A DNA stretch of 34,199 bases from Desulfobacteraceae bacterium. GTDB taxonomy: Bacteria > Desulfobacterota > DSM-4660 > Desulfatiglandales > HGW-15. The notes under the pieces are model-generated. The model had not been told where the DNA came from and did no database searches. It worked only from the letters and a program-made list of their open reading frames with translations. Where the stretch lies: the NCBI GenBank assembly GCA_050050615.1, contig JASFTV010000003.1, positions 1 to 34,199 of the forward strand, written 5' to 3'. Positions 10,345 to 19,994 of the stretch are shown in pieces. The stretch's first letter is position 1. The number at the start of each line of letters is the position of its first letter. The translations under genes were made by a program, and so were the position numbers.

Positions 10345-10487
10345 TATTCTTGTCCAAAAACGGTTTCCTGGTTTCCCTGCCCAGGTGAGGAGGGGAATCT
10401 GAATTTTGGGCAGCACGGGGCATCGTGTAAAAACAGACATTTAAGTAGATGGAAAAGCCTATATTTGATTTATTTAGGACACCCGTG
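10345..10487. mobile_element. Degenerate MITE-like element of the same family as 29845-29968
   Basis: Shares ATTCTTGTCCAA, GAA.CTGAATTTTGGGC, TGTAAA.ACAG, AAGCCT and TTTGATTTAT..GGA..GTG, in the same order, with the 29845 copy. Confidence 0.6.
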
Positions 10488-10590
10488 ATCTTCTATATAC
10501 GCTTTCAGAAACTTTTTAAACCTCAATCCTCAGGGTAACCCAGGATGTCAGAGTGGGCAAAGCGGTCTGATTGACCCGTATCTATTAAGG

Positions 10591-10619
10591 TTGCCGTCTG
10601 TTTTCTTATTGTTTATACT
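10591..10619 (+). promoter_or_regulatory. Putative sigma70 promoter TTGCCG-N17-TATACT for the first kinase
   Basis: Near-consensus hexamers with 17-nt spacing, ending 46 nt upstream of ATG 10666. Confidence 0.5.
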
Positions 10620-10665
10620 TGAAAATCAGTAACAACGATCTTTTCTGAAAACGGCCCGGATAGCG

Positions 10666-12225
10666 ATGAAACAAAAAGATTGGAAGCTCCTATTTATAGA
10701 TGATGAAGAGGGGATCCGAAGCGTGATGTCTATCACTCTGGCGGATGCGGGTTATGATGTGATGACCGCCGCAGATGGGGAAAGTGGCATCCAGATGTGT
10801 CGGGAAAAGTCGCCCCAGATTGTGATTACGGACATTCGTATGCCCGGTGTGGACGGGATCGAGGTCCTTGAGAGGATTAAGAAAGAAGACCCGAACAAAG
10901 AAGTTATTGTGGTGACAGCGTATGGGGAAATGGAAGTGGCCATTCGCGCCTTGCAACTTGATGCTTCGGACTTCATCACAAAACCCATTAATAATGAGGC
11001 CCTGTTTGTGGCTCTTGAGCGAGCCAAGGAACGCTACACCACCCGCAAGGAGTTGCATGACTACACGGCCCTCATCGAAGAGAGGTGGATGGATACGGCT
11101 GAAGAGTTGGCCAGGACCTTCAATTTCCAAAACAATCTGATTGAGAGTTCCATCGACGGCATTGTGGGCTGTGACAAAGAAGGAAAGATCGTGACCTTCA
11201 ACATACGCTCAGAGCAGATGCTGGGCTACTTAAAGGATGAAGTGCGCGGAAAAGTCTCTTTTGAGAAACTGCTCCCTGTGGGAACAGCCGATAAAATCAA
11301 AGAAGACTTATATTCCGATGAATACGGCGGCAAGAATCAGCTCTTTCTTTATGAGACCCATCTCATTACCAAGAAGGGAGAGAAGATTCCAGTGCAGCTA
11401 TCAGCAACGGTCCTGTTTGAGGGGGGTCAAGAGAGCGGCATGGTGGGCTTCATCCGGGACTTGAGAGAGATCCGGAGGCTGGAGCAGCAATTTGCCGATC
11501 AGACCCGGCTGCTGCAACAGCACAAGATGATTTCATTAGGGAGATTGGCCGCCAGTGTTGTCCATGAAATCAACAATCCCCTTGCAGGCATCCTCAATTA
11601 TGTTCGGCTCATGATCAAGATTGTGGGTCGTGGCTCTGCTTTAGCCCCTGAAACCCTGAAAAAATTCCAAAGATATCTTGATCTCATTGAGAGCGAGACG
11701 AGCCGATGTTCCAGGATCGTCTCCAATCTGCTCGCCTTTTCGCGGCAATCCAAATTGGAATTCAGCGAGGTGAACATTAATGAGCTTTTGGAAAAATGCC
11801 TCATGCTCAGTCAACACAGGCTCAGCCTCCAAAATATTGCCATAAAAACAGAACTGAATCCGGGGATTCCCCATATTTCTGGGGACTTCAACCAGATCCA
11901 GCAATGCGTTATCAATCTTATCTTCAATGCCATTGATGCCATGCCCGATGGGGGCGCGCTGACCTTAAAGAGTTCTCTGAATGCAAACAAAGGTGTTTTG
12001 GAGATAAAGATCGGGGATAGCGGATCCGGCATTGCCAAGGAAGACCTCCCCCATATTTTCGATCCCTTCTACACCACGAAAACCGAAGGGAGTGGGTTGG
12101 GGTTAGGTTTATCAACGGTTTACGGCATCATAGATCGACACAAAGGCACCATCACGGTAGATAGCGAATTGGGGAAGGGCGCTGTCTTCACCATCAGACT
12201 CCCGATGGAAAAAAGAGTGTCTTGA
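10666..12225 (+). CDS. Cytoplasmic hybrid sensor kinase (REC-PAS-HisKA-HATPase)
   Basis: REC motifs IDDE, ITDIRMP, TAYG and ITKP; PAS; H-box HEINNPL; N-box NLIFNAIDA; DSGSG; FDPFYTTK; GLGLGL. No TM segment evident. Confidence 0.92.
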   Translation: MKQKDWKLLFIDDEEGIRSVMSITLADAGYDVMTAADGESGIQMCREKSPQIVITDIRMPGVDGIEVLERIKKEDPNKEVIVVTAYGEMEVAIRALQLDASDFITKPINNEALFVALERAKERYTTRKELHDYTALIEERWMDTAEELARTFNFQNNLIESSIDGIVGCDKEGKIVTFNIRSEQMLGYLKDEVRGKVSFEKLLPVGTADKIKEDLYSDEYGGKNQLFLYETHLITKKGEKIPVQLSATVLFEGGQESGMVGFIRDLREIRRLEQQFADQTRLLQQHKMISLGRLAASVVHEINNPLAGILNYVRLMIKIVGRGSALAPETLKKFQRYLDLIESETSRCSRIVSNLLAFSRQSKLEFSEVNINELLEKCLMLSQHRLSLQNIAIKTELNPGIPHISGDFNQIQQCVINLIFNAIDAMPDGGALTLKSSLNANKGVLEIKIGDSGSGIAKEDLPHIFDPFYTTKTEGSGLGLGLSTVYGIIDRHKGTITVDSELGKGAVFTIRLPMEKRVS

Positions 12226-12489
12226 AGCGCCTATGTCGGTCCCTGAACGTGTGTTGCCTGTCCTCTCCCTTCTGTTTAATTGCTTTACACGGCATGCCCT
12301 TTCGAATATACTCCTTTCCAAGGCACCGTGATCGCTTCATCTAATTTCAGTTACATGCTACTGCTCTTTTGTCCTTCCCTTCCGAAAGGTTCTGTGTGAG
12401 GGTGCAGGGGGAATGGTGGGTTGATGAAGGCAGCATAGGATAAGACCTCATTCCACCTCTGAAACCATGGCTAGAGGGCAAGGGGTATC

Positions 12490-13701
12490 ATGAATCCTTC
12501 GGTCAATTTCAAAACCCTATACGATGTCTACAGGCATATCAGTGCTGTGGTGCATTCCAGCACGAATTTGGAGGAGGTTTTGGAACTGGTGGTTTGGAAG
12601 GCCTCCGAGGTGTTCGGTAGCAAGGGCGCGGTTCTCCGTACCTTCAATGTGGAGACGCAAGAATTTGATCTGTTCGCTTCCCATGGATTGAGTGAGAAAT
12701 ACCTGACCAAGGCCCCGGTTTCTAGCAAAAAATTGGTCACCGATCTCTGCCATCTGAATAAGCCCCTCATCATCAGGGATAATCTTGCAGATCCCCGTGT
12801 CAGAAATAGGGAGGAGTTGAAGGAAGATGGGATTCGGATGGTTATGGATATTCCACTCTGCCTGAGGGAGAATATCATCGGGATCATTCGAATTTATTTC
12901 GACCACGAAAAGGAGTTTTCTGATGAAATGCTGGATTTTGCTGCGGCCATAGGCGAGCTGTTTTCATGTGCGATAGATAAGGCGAAAATGATCGAAGAGC
13001 AACGGTCCCGATATGACCAACTAGCCCTCCAAACGGAAAAGCTTTCGTCCCTAGGTCGAATGGCGGCAGGCATCGCTCATGAGATCAATAACCCTCTGAC
13101 CGGGATCCTGCTTTTCAGCTCAAGGATGCGCAAGAAAGTCACGGAAGGAGGGCACATACAAGAGGGTCTGGATGTCATCATTCGGGAGACCCAACGGTGC
13201 AAGAGCATTATTCAGGATCTTTTGGAATTTTCTAGGGATAAGGATCCTGAGAAAGTCAAGGCAAACATTAACGACGTCATTGAAAAGGCCCTCAGCATCC
13301 TGGAAAACGAGTTCCGGCTGCATCACATCTCCGTGGAGAAGAACTTTTCGAGCGGAATGCCTTCTGTGCTTCTAGATGTGAACTTGATGCAACAGGTATT
13401 TGTGAACCTCCTAATCAATGCGGTTGAAGCTATTCAGGACAAGGGGGTGGTCACTGTCCGGAGCTATCTTAAACCGGACCGAAGGAGCGTGGGCGTAGAG
13501 GTTGCGGACACCGGGCCTGGTATCTCGTCAGATAATATGGGCAAAGTCTTTGACCCCTTCTTCTCCACCAAGAACAATGGGACCGGCCTTGGTCTGGCCG
13601 TGAGTTACGGAATCATCCAGAAACACCAGGGGAATATCCAAGTGTCCAGTAAATTAGAGGAGGGGACACGCTTCACCATTGAGATTCCCATACTGCAATG
13701 A
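12490..13701 (+). CDS. Cytoplasmic GAF-domain sensor histidine kinase
   Basis: N-terminal GAF-like region; AHEINNPL, NLLINAVEA, DTGPG, FDPFFSTK and GTGLGL motifs. Confidence 0.9.
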   Translation: MNPSVNFKTLYDVYRHISAVVHSSTNLEEVLELVVWKASEVFGSKGAVLRTFNVETQEFDLFASHGLSEKYLTKAPVSSKKLVTDLCHLNKPLIIRDNLADPRVRNREELKEDGIRMVMDIPLCLRENIIGIIRIYFDHEKEFSDEMLDFAAAIGELFSCAIDKAKMIEEQRSRYDQLALQTEKLSSLGRMAAGIAHEINNPLTGILLFSSRMRKKVTEGGHIQEGLDVIIRETQRCKSIIQDLLEFSRDKDPEKVKANINDVIEKALSILENEFRLHHISVEKNFSSGMPSVLLDVNLMQQVFVNLLINAVEAIQDKGVVTVRSYLKPDRRSVGVEVADTGPGISSDNMGKVFDPFFSTKNNGTGLGLAVSYGIIQKHQGNIQVSSKLEEGTRFTIEIPILQ

Positions 13702-13712
13702 ATTAACGAATC

Positions 13713-15134
13713 ATGAGCACTGAATCTGCCAAGATCTTGATTATTGATGATGAACAAATCATCTGCGATGGATGCCGTCTTGCGCTGGCAGACCAGGGGC
13801 ATGCCGTGGAATATTGCAAAGCAGGGAGGGCGGGTCTTGAGACAATTCGCGAAGGTGCATACGATTTGGTTCTGCTGGACATGAAGCTTCCTGATATGGA
13901 TGGGATGGAGATCCTGAAGACTGTACGCGAGGAAAAACCCGGCGTGTACATTATGGTCATGACCGGCTATTCCACGGTTCAGAACGCCGTGGAGGCCATG
14001 AAGCTGGGTGCCATCGATTATCTTGCTAAACCTTTCTCGGACGATCAACTGGTGCTCGCCGTGGAAAGGGTTGTGGAGAAAAAACGGCTGGTGGAAGAGA
14101 ACCTTTTCCTCCGAAAAGAGCTCCTTGATCGGTTTAGCTTTAGCAACATCGTGGGAGAGAACTCCAAGATCCTCGCAATATTCGATCAGATTGATAAGGT
14201 CGCCCCTACGGACAGCACAGTGCTCATCTATGGAGAGAGTGGAACGGGAAAGGAGCTATTCGCGAGGACTATTCATGCCCATAGCCAGCGGGCTGCCAGG
14301 CAATTCGTGGCGGTTGACTGCAGTACGCTTTCTCCAAGTCTTCTGGAAAGTGAGTTGTTCGGGCACGTGAAGGGGGCCTTCACTGGAGCGAGCCAAAACA
14401 AGGCAGGGATCTTTGAGGTGGCCCACGATGGAACGCTCTTTCTGGACGATGTGGCGAACCTGACTGGGGAGATCCAGGGAAAGCTCCTACGTGTTCTGGA
14501 AGGACACGATTACAAGCCGGTAGGGGCAAGTCAGTTTAAGAAGACGAACGTCCGGGTCATTGCTGCCACGAATAGGGATCTAAAGGTCATGGCGGACGAA
14601 GGGATTTTCAGGGAAGATCTCTTCTACCGATTGAACGTTTTCCCCATTATCCTCCCACCCCTAAGGGAGAGGAGAGACGACATTCCTAAACTCGCCTACC
14701 ACTTCCTGAGGCATTTCTGCAGGGAGACCGGGAAAAGGATTGAAGGATTCTCTGATGATGCCTTGGAGATGTTGGTGAACCATGAATGGCCAGGCAATGT
14801 GCGTCAACTGAAAAATGTGGTTGAACGCCTGGTCATCATGGCTGATCGCGGTATCCTGGATAGTCTTGATCTGCTGGAACCGCCACAAATGAAACGTTTT
14901 TTGAGGGAAGATTCAATCCCAGAGACTCTGGAAGAACTCAAGGCTGTTAAGAGACAACTCTTGGAAGAAAGTTACAGCCGGATGGAAAAAGCCTTTCTTC
15001 TCAAAGCCCTCAAGGCCTGTAACGGGAACATCACCCATGCAGCTGAGAGGGTCGGTATGCGGAGATCCAACTTCTCGACTTTGATGAAAAAGCATCACCT
15101 TTCAGGTAAACCCGCAAAGGGCGAAAACGAATAG
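13713..15134 (+). CDS. Sigma54-dependent response regulator (NtrC family: REC-AAA+-Fis HTH)
   Basis: REC LLDMKLP; GESGTGKE; GAFTGA; FREDLFYRL; WPGNVRQL; HTH GNITHAAERVG. Lies 11 nt after the GAF kinase. Confidence 0.93.
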   Translation: MSTESAKILIIDDEQIICDGCRLALADQGHAVEYCKAGRAGLETIREGAYDLVLLDMKLPDMDGMEILKTVREEKPGVYIMVMTGYSTVQNAVEAMKLGAIDYLAKPFSDDQLVLAVERVVEKKRLVEENLFLRKELLDRFSFSNIVGENSKILAIFDQIDKVAPTDSTVLIYGESGTGKELFARTIHAHSQRAARQFVAVDCSTLSPSLLESELFGHVKGAFTGASQNKAGIFEVAHDGTLFLDDVANLTGEIQGKLLRVLEGHDYKPVGASQFKKTNVRVIAATNRDLKVMADEGIFREDLFYRLNVFPIILPPLRERRDDIPKLAYHFLRHFCRETGKRIEGFSDDALEMLVNHEWPGNVRQLKNVVERLVIMADRGILDSLDLLEPPQMKRFLREDSIPETLEELKAVKRQLLEESYSRMEKAFLLKALKACNGNITHAAERVGMRRSNFSTLMKKHHLSGKPAKGENE

Positions 15135-15306
15135 CGCGCTCCCCACATAGACGCCCCTCATTAAAAGTCTCGGAAATTGTATAACTTTCTGAAATTAAAA
15201 GTAATTTTTGAGGCCCGACGTTTTTGCCCCGCATATGGAATGATGGCATATTGGAATTTTGATTTTAACTAACTTCTGAATAGTGGGGCCAAACGATGAG
15301 AGGCGT

Positions 15307-15393
15307 CGTATAATCGCCTATACGGCCCTAACCCACTAAGATCACTTCAGAGTTTATATTTCAACACGCTTTTGACGTATAAGTTCTTATACG
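15307..15393. promoter_or_regulatory. Pair of palindromic upstream activator sites CGTATA-N6-TATACG (15307-15324 and 15376-15393)
   Basis: CGTATAatcgccTATACG and CGTATAagttctTATACG lie about 110-195 bp upstream of a sigma54 promoter. Confidence 0.7.
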
Positions 15394-15501
15394 CTATGGC
15401 CCACCAATCACCGGTCCTCTCTCCCCTTTCATGCGCTTAACTCGCTAATATAACTAATAAAAATATCCGATCACCCTTGTGTCTCATAGATGCATCAAAC
15501 T

Positions 15502-15517
15502 TGGAACAGAACTTGCT
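15502..15517 (+). promoter_or_regulatory. Sigma54 -24/-12 promoter (TGGAACAGAACTTGCT) for the REC-REC-HdrA gene
   Basis: GG-N10-GC with TTGC, about 78 nt upstream of the probable start. Confidence 0.75.
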
Positions 15518-15594
15518 CACATCATATTTGAGATGAGAATAGATGAGAGGGGCTATCCAATGGAACTCAACCTTTTTGAAAAGGAGGAATGACC

Positions 15595-18500
15595 GTGAAT
15601 CAGGTCGCTGAAAGCATGAGAGACGACTACGCCGGGCAGCCCCAAATTCTTCTGATGGAGGATGAGTCCAGTGTGGCGCAGGGGCTTCAAATGATCCTGA
15701 GAGAAGAGGGTTATGGCGTGGATTTGGCTATGACGGGGCAGGGTGCTCTGGATACCTTGAGCCATAAAGATGTTGATCTCTTGGTAGCCGATCTCCGGTT
15801 GCCCGACATGGACGGCATGGAAGTGATTAGACACGTAAAGAAGAAGCAGCCCAAGACCGAGGTCATTGTCATTACGGGCTACTCAAATGTCTTATCAGCA
15901 GTGGAAGCCATGAAGACAGGCGTCTCCGACTACTTACCCAAACCGTTCACGGAGGAGGAATTCATGGCAAAAGTCCAGCGGGCGCTTAGAGAGAGAGAAG
16001 AAGCCCTTTCCAGAGAGAAGCTTGGGTTCGTGGAAAAAGGGGCGGAAATGGAGCAGGTGGCGGAAACCACGAAGGATGATTCCGCCTCTCAGCCCCAAAT
16101 CCTACTGATGGAGGATGAGTCCAGTGTGGCGCAGGGGCTCCAAATGATTCTCAAAGAAGAAGGTTATGGCGTGGATTTGACCATGACCGGAAAGAGTGCT
16201 CTGGATACCTTGAGCCATAAAGATGTTGATCTCTTGGTGGCCGATCTCCGGTTGCCCGACATGGATGGTATGGATGTGATTAGACACGTAAAGAAGAAGC
16301 AACCCAAGACCGAGGTTATTGTCATTACGGGCTACTCAAATGTCTTATCAGCCACGGATGCCATGAGAGCGGGCGTTTCCGACTATCTGCCCAAACCCTT
16401 CACTGAAGAGGAGTTCATGGCAGCGGTTGGGAGGACCTTGAAGGAGAGACAGGAAACTCTCTCCAAGGAGATCCGTGAATCCGTTGAGGCTGAAACTGGT
16501 GAGCTCGTCAAAATAGGGTTCTATATCTGCCATGGCGGGACCCATATTGCAAATAAGGTCTGGGTGGAGGATGTGATTGCCTTTGCCCGGAAGCAGCCGA
16601 ATGTGTTGCTGGCTAGAGATTATGATTACCTGTGCCAGGCTCCGGGCCTGGAGATGATTAAGAAAGACATCAGGGAGCTTGGCGTGAATCGAGTCGTCGT
16701 TGCAGCATGCAGCCCGAAACCCTACGGAAAGACCTTTAAGGAGGCCTGCCAGCAAGCAGGCCTCAAAGCTCAGCATTTCCAGATGACCCCTGTGCGCGAA
16801 CAGGTTGCATGGATCACCGAGGACCCCGCTGAAGCAACCAGGAAGGCAAAAACGCTGGCCGCAGCGGCTATCCACCGGGTGAAATACCATCGAACCCTTA
16901 CTGGCCGGGAGGTGAATGTACATCCTGATGTCCTGGTTGTCGGTGGCGGCATCGGGGGCATGCAGGCAGCCTTGGACATAGCCGAAGCCGGGCACAAGGC
17001 CTACCTCGTGGAAAGGCAGTCAACCATTGGCGGCCATATGCTTCAGTTTGATAAGACCTTCCCCACCCTGGATTGTGCGGCCTGTATTGGAACCCCGAAG
17101 ATGGTCTCGGTTGGGCAAAACCCAAATATCGAGCTTCTCACCTGTAGCGAAGTGAAGGAAATATCCGGCTTTATTGGCAACTATAAGGTGAAAATCCATC
17201 GTAGACCGAGGTACGTAAAAGAGGGCATCTGTACAGGCTGCGGTGAATGCGCCAGCGTCTGTCCTGTTACAAGACCAAACGAATGGGATGAAGGCCTTTC
17301 CGAAAGAAAGGCGATATACAGGTCCTTTCCCCAGGTCGTACCCATAACCTTTGCCATCGAAAAGAAGGACCGGGCCCCCTGCGTGGCCACTTGTCCCGCA
17401 GGTGCAAACGTCCAGGGTTATGTCCAACTCATAGGACAGGGTAAATATAAGCAGGCAGTCCAGCTGATTATGGAACGCGTGCCGTTGCCCGGAGTGCTCG
17501 GTCGGGTCTGCCCGCATCCTTGTGAAGCTGAATGCCGAAGAATTGAGGTGGATGAAGTTCTGTCCATCAGGGATTTAAAGCGTTTTGCTGCCGACCAGGT
17601 GAACCTGAGGGAACTCCCCCATCCGAGGATCGAGGAGCGCCCCGAAAAGGTTGCCGTGATTGGCTCCGGCCCTGCCGGCCTCACGGTGGCTTATTATCTT
17701 CGGCTTAAAGGTTATCAGGTGACCATCTTTGAGGCATTGCCTGTACTGGGAGGTATGCTCAGGGTGGGCATCCCCGATTATCGGCTCCCCCCGGAGGTAT
17801 TAGACCAGGAGATCGATTACATTCTCGGTCTGGGTGTTGAGGTGCGAAGGGGCGCAAGTCTGGGCCCTGATTATACGTTCGTCGACCTTAAGGAACAGGG
17901 TTTCGAGGTCATATTTCTTGGTATCGGATCTCACCGTGGCATGAAGTTAAACATTCCGGGAGAGGAGGATTTTGAAGGGGTTCTGGATGCCGTGGATTTC
18001 CTGAGAGCGGTGAATCTGGGAAACCGGGAAATGCCCGGAAGGCGTGTGGTCATCATCGGAGGCGGCAATGTGGCCATTGATGCAGCTCGAACAGCGCTTC
18101 GACTTGGTTCTGAAAAGGTGAGTATTGTATACCGCCGAACCCGGAAGGAAATGCCAGCTTATGAGGAAGAAGTCGAGGAAGCCCTGGCAGAGGGCGTCAA
18201 GATCCATTATCTAACAGCACCTGTGCGCATCCATGGTTCCGACGGAAAGTGCACCGGACTGGAATGCATCAAAACCGAGTTGGGAGAACGGGATGCTACC
18301 GGGCGTAGTCGACCAGTGCCTGTAGAGGGCTCCGAATTTGTCATGGACCTTGACGGGGTCATACCAGCCATCGGGCAGCAGCCTGATCTAGATGGGGTTG
18401 AGCATGAACCATCTCCTAAAACAACCCGTTGGGGCACTTTAGTTGTGAAACCCCATACGATGCAGACTTCCATCCCCTATGTGTTTGCTGGGGGTGATGC

Positions 18501-19911
18501 GGTCACAGGGCCGGCAACGGTTATTGAAGCTATTTCTTCAGGCCATAGGGCCGTGGAGGCGATTCACCGCTTCATAAATGGAGAGGATCTTAAGCGCTTC
18601 GCTGAAGAGCTGGCTGCCCATGAACCCCCTGGTCAGGATTGGCAGGAAATCCCGCCGGGCATAGCACGCGAGCCCCGAGCCAGGGTTGCCCTAAGAGATG
18701 CCAGCGAGAGAGCCCGCTGCTTTGACGAAGTGAATCTGGGTCTTTCGGAAGAAGCGGCGAAGCGGGAGGCTCAGCGCTGCCTAAGCTGCGGGATCTGCTG
18801 CGAGTGTATGGCGTGTGTGCGAACTTGTGAGGCAAACGCCATAGACCACAGCATGAAAGAAGAAGAATTGGAAGTGGAGGTTGGGAGCATCATAGTAGCA
18901 ACAGGATACGATCTTTGGGATCCCACTCCCATGAAGCAGTTTGGTTACGGGAAATACCCCAATGTTTTTACGAGCCTTGAGTTCGAACGTCTCAATAACG
19001 CCACAGGGCCCACCAATGGCCACATTCTGTTGAGGGACGGAAATGGGAATTTTACTAAGCCACCGGAGAGTGTGGCTATTATCCATTGTGTCGGGAGCCG
19101 GGATGAGAACTATTATGAGTACTGCTCCCGAGTCTGTTGTATGTATGCCCTGAAGTATGGCCATCTCCTTAAGGACAAAGTGGGGCACCATGCGAAAGTG
19201 TATGACTTTTACATTGACATGCGCTGCTTCGGGAAAGGTTATGAGGAATTCTACCGCAGGTGCCAAGAAGAGGGGATCATTTTTTTCAGGGGTAAACCTT
19301 CTGAAATCACAGACCAAGCCCTCAGCCCAGAAGAGGAGGGCAAGCTCATCGTTATCGGCGAAGATACCCTTCTGAACAGGCCCTGCCGAATCCCTGTTGA
19401 TATGGTGATCCTGTGTGCCGCCATAGAGGCCCGTAAGGACACCGCCGAAGTGGCAAGGATCTTCGATATCCATCGGGGAGCCGATGGGTTCTTCTTAGAG
19501 GAGCACCCTAAGTTGGCGCCACTAAGTACTGCGACACGCGGAATTTTCTTGGCTGGGACCTGCCAAGGACCCAAAGACATTCCAGACACGGTCGCACAGG
19601 CCTCGGGTGCTGCTGCACAAGCCCTCGAGCTGGCCATCCGGGGAAAGATCGAAATTCCATCCACCATGGCTTGGATAGATCCAGATGTGTGTGAAGGCTG
19701 CGGGAACTGTATCAAGCAGTGCGCTTACTCGGCCATTTGGTTTGATATACGAAAAGGAGTATCGGTGGTGAATCAGGCCATTTGTAAGGGATGCGGAGTT
19801 TGTGTTAGCCATTGCCCGAGCAGTGCTGCCCATATGTGGCAATTCAGCGAAAACCAAATTCTCACAGAGTTCGACGGCATTATGGAGGGGCTGCGAGCGG
19901 TGGCGGTGTAA
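15595..19911 (+). CDS. hdrA: Tandem receiver domains fused to an HdrA/HdrL-type FAD/Fe-S oxidoreductase with an inserted NfnB/GltD-like NAD(P)H module
   Basis: Two REC domains (MEDE, ADLRLPD, ITGY, PKPF). HdrA motifs VVVAACSP, GGGIGG, DKTFPTLDCAAC, LEFERL, HCVGSRD, YCSRVCCMYALK and GTCQGPKDIPD, plus C-terminal 2x[4Fe-4S]. Insert: APCVATCPA..LGRVCPHPCE, GSGPAG, GGGNVA..YRR. GTG 15595 fits the AAGGAGG spacing (ORF track starts at 15589). Confidence 0.9.
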   Translation: MNQVAESMRDDYAGQPQILLMEDESSVAQGLQMILREEGYGVDLAMTGQGALDTLSHKDVDLLVADLRLPDMDGMEVIRHVKKKQPKTEVIVITGYSNVLSAVEAMKTGVSDYLPKPFTEEEFMAKVQRALREREEALSREKLGFVEKGAEMEQVAETTKDDSASQPQILLMEDESSVAQGLQMILKEEGYGVDLTMTGKSALDTLSHKDVDLLVADLRLPDMDGMDVIRHVKKKQPKTEVIVITGYSNVLSATDAMRAGVSDYLPKPFTEEEFMAAVGRTLKERQETLSKEIRESVEAETGELVKIGFYICHGGTHIANKVWVEDVIAFARKQPNVLLARDYDYLCQAPGLEMIKKDIRELGVNRVVVAACSPKPYGKTFKEACQQAGLKAQHFQMTPVREQVAWITEDPAEATRKAKTLAAAAIHRVKYHRTLTGREVNVHPDVLVVGGGIGGMQAALDIAEAGHKAYLVERQSTIGGHMLQFDKTFPTLDCAACIGTPKMVSVGQNPNIELLTCSEVKEISGFIGNYKVKIHRRPRYVKEGICTGCGECASVCPVTRPNEWDEGLSERKAIYRSFPQVVPITFAIEKKDRAPCVATCPAGANVQGYVQLIGQGKYKQAVQLIMERVPLPGVLGRVCPHPCEAECRRIEVDEVLSIRDLKRFAADQVNLRELPHPRIEERPEKVAVIGSGPAGLTVAYYLRLKGYQVTIFEALPVLGGMLRVGIPDYRLPPEVLDQEIDYILGLGVEVRRGASLGPDYTFVDLKEQGFEVIFLGIGSHRGMKLNIPGEEDFEGVLDAVDFLRAVNLGNREMPGRRVVIIGGGNVAIDAARTALRLGSEKVSIVYRRTRKEMPAYEEEVEEALAEGVKIHYLTAPVRIHGSDGKCTGLECIKTELGERDATGRSRPVPVEGSEFVMDLDGVIPAIGQQPDLDGVEHEPSPKTTRWGTLVVKPHTMQTSIPYVFAGGDAVTGPATVIEAISSGHRAVEAIHRFINGEDLKRFAEELAAHEPPGQDWQEIPPGIAREPRARVALRDASERARCFDEVNLGLSEEAAKREAQRCLSCGICCECMACVRTCEANAIDHSMKEEELEVEVGSIIVATGYDLWDPTPMKQFGYGKYPNVFTSLEFERLNNATGPTNGHILLRDGNGNFTKPPESVAIIHCVGSRDENYYEYCSRVCCMYALKYGHLLKDKVGHHAKVYDFYIDMRCFGKGYEEFYRRCQEEGIIFFRGKPSEITDQALSPEEEGKLIVIGEDTLLNRPCRIPVDMVILCAAIEARKDTAEVARIFDIHRGADGFFLEEHPKLAPLSTATRGIFLAGTCQGPKDIPDTVAQASGAAAQALELAIRGKIEIPSTMAWIDPDVCEGCGNCIKQCAYSAIWFDIRKGVSVVNQAICKGCGVCVSHCPSSAAHMWQFSENQILTEFDGIMEGLRAVAV

Positions 19912-19994
19912 AAGACAAGACAGCCTTCAGAAAAGGCATCATCACTTTTGGGTCGAGTAGAAAATGTTCTCCTTAGCAAGAAGGAGGTATGGTC

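Noticed and set aside
15595-19911. Selenocysteine recoding or frameshift in the HdrA gene
   Set aside because: The ORF is continuous with no in-frame TGA, and the DCxxC position reads Cys.
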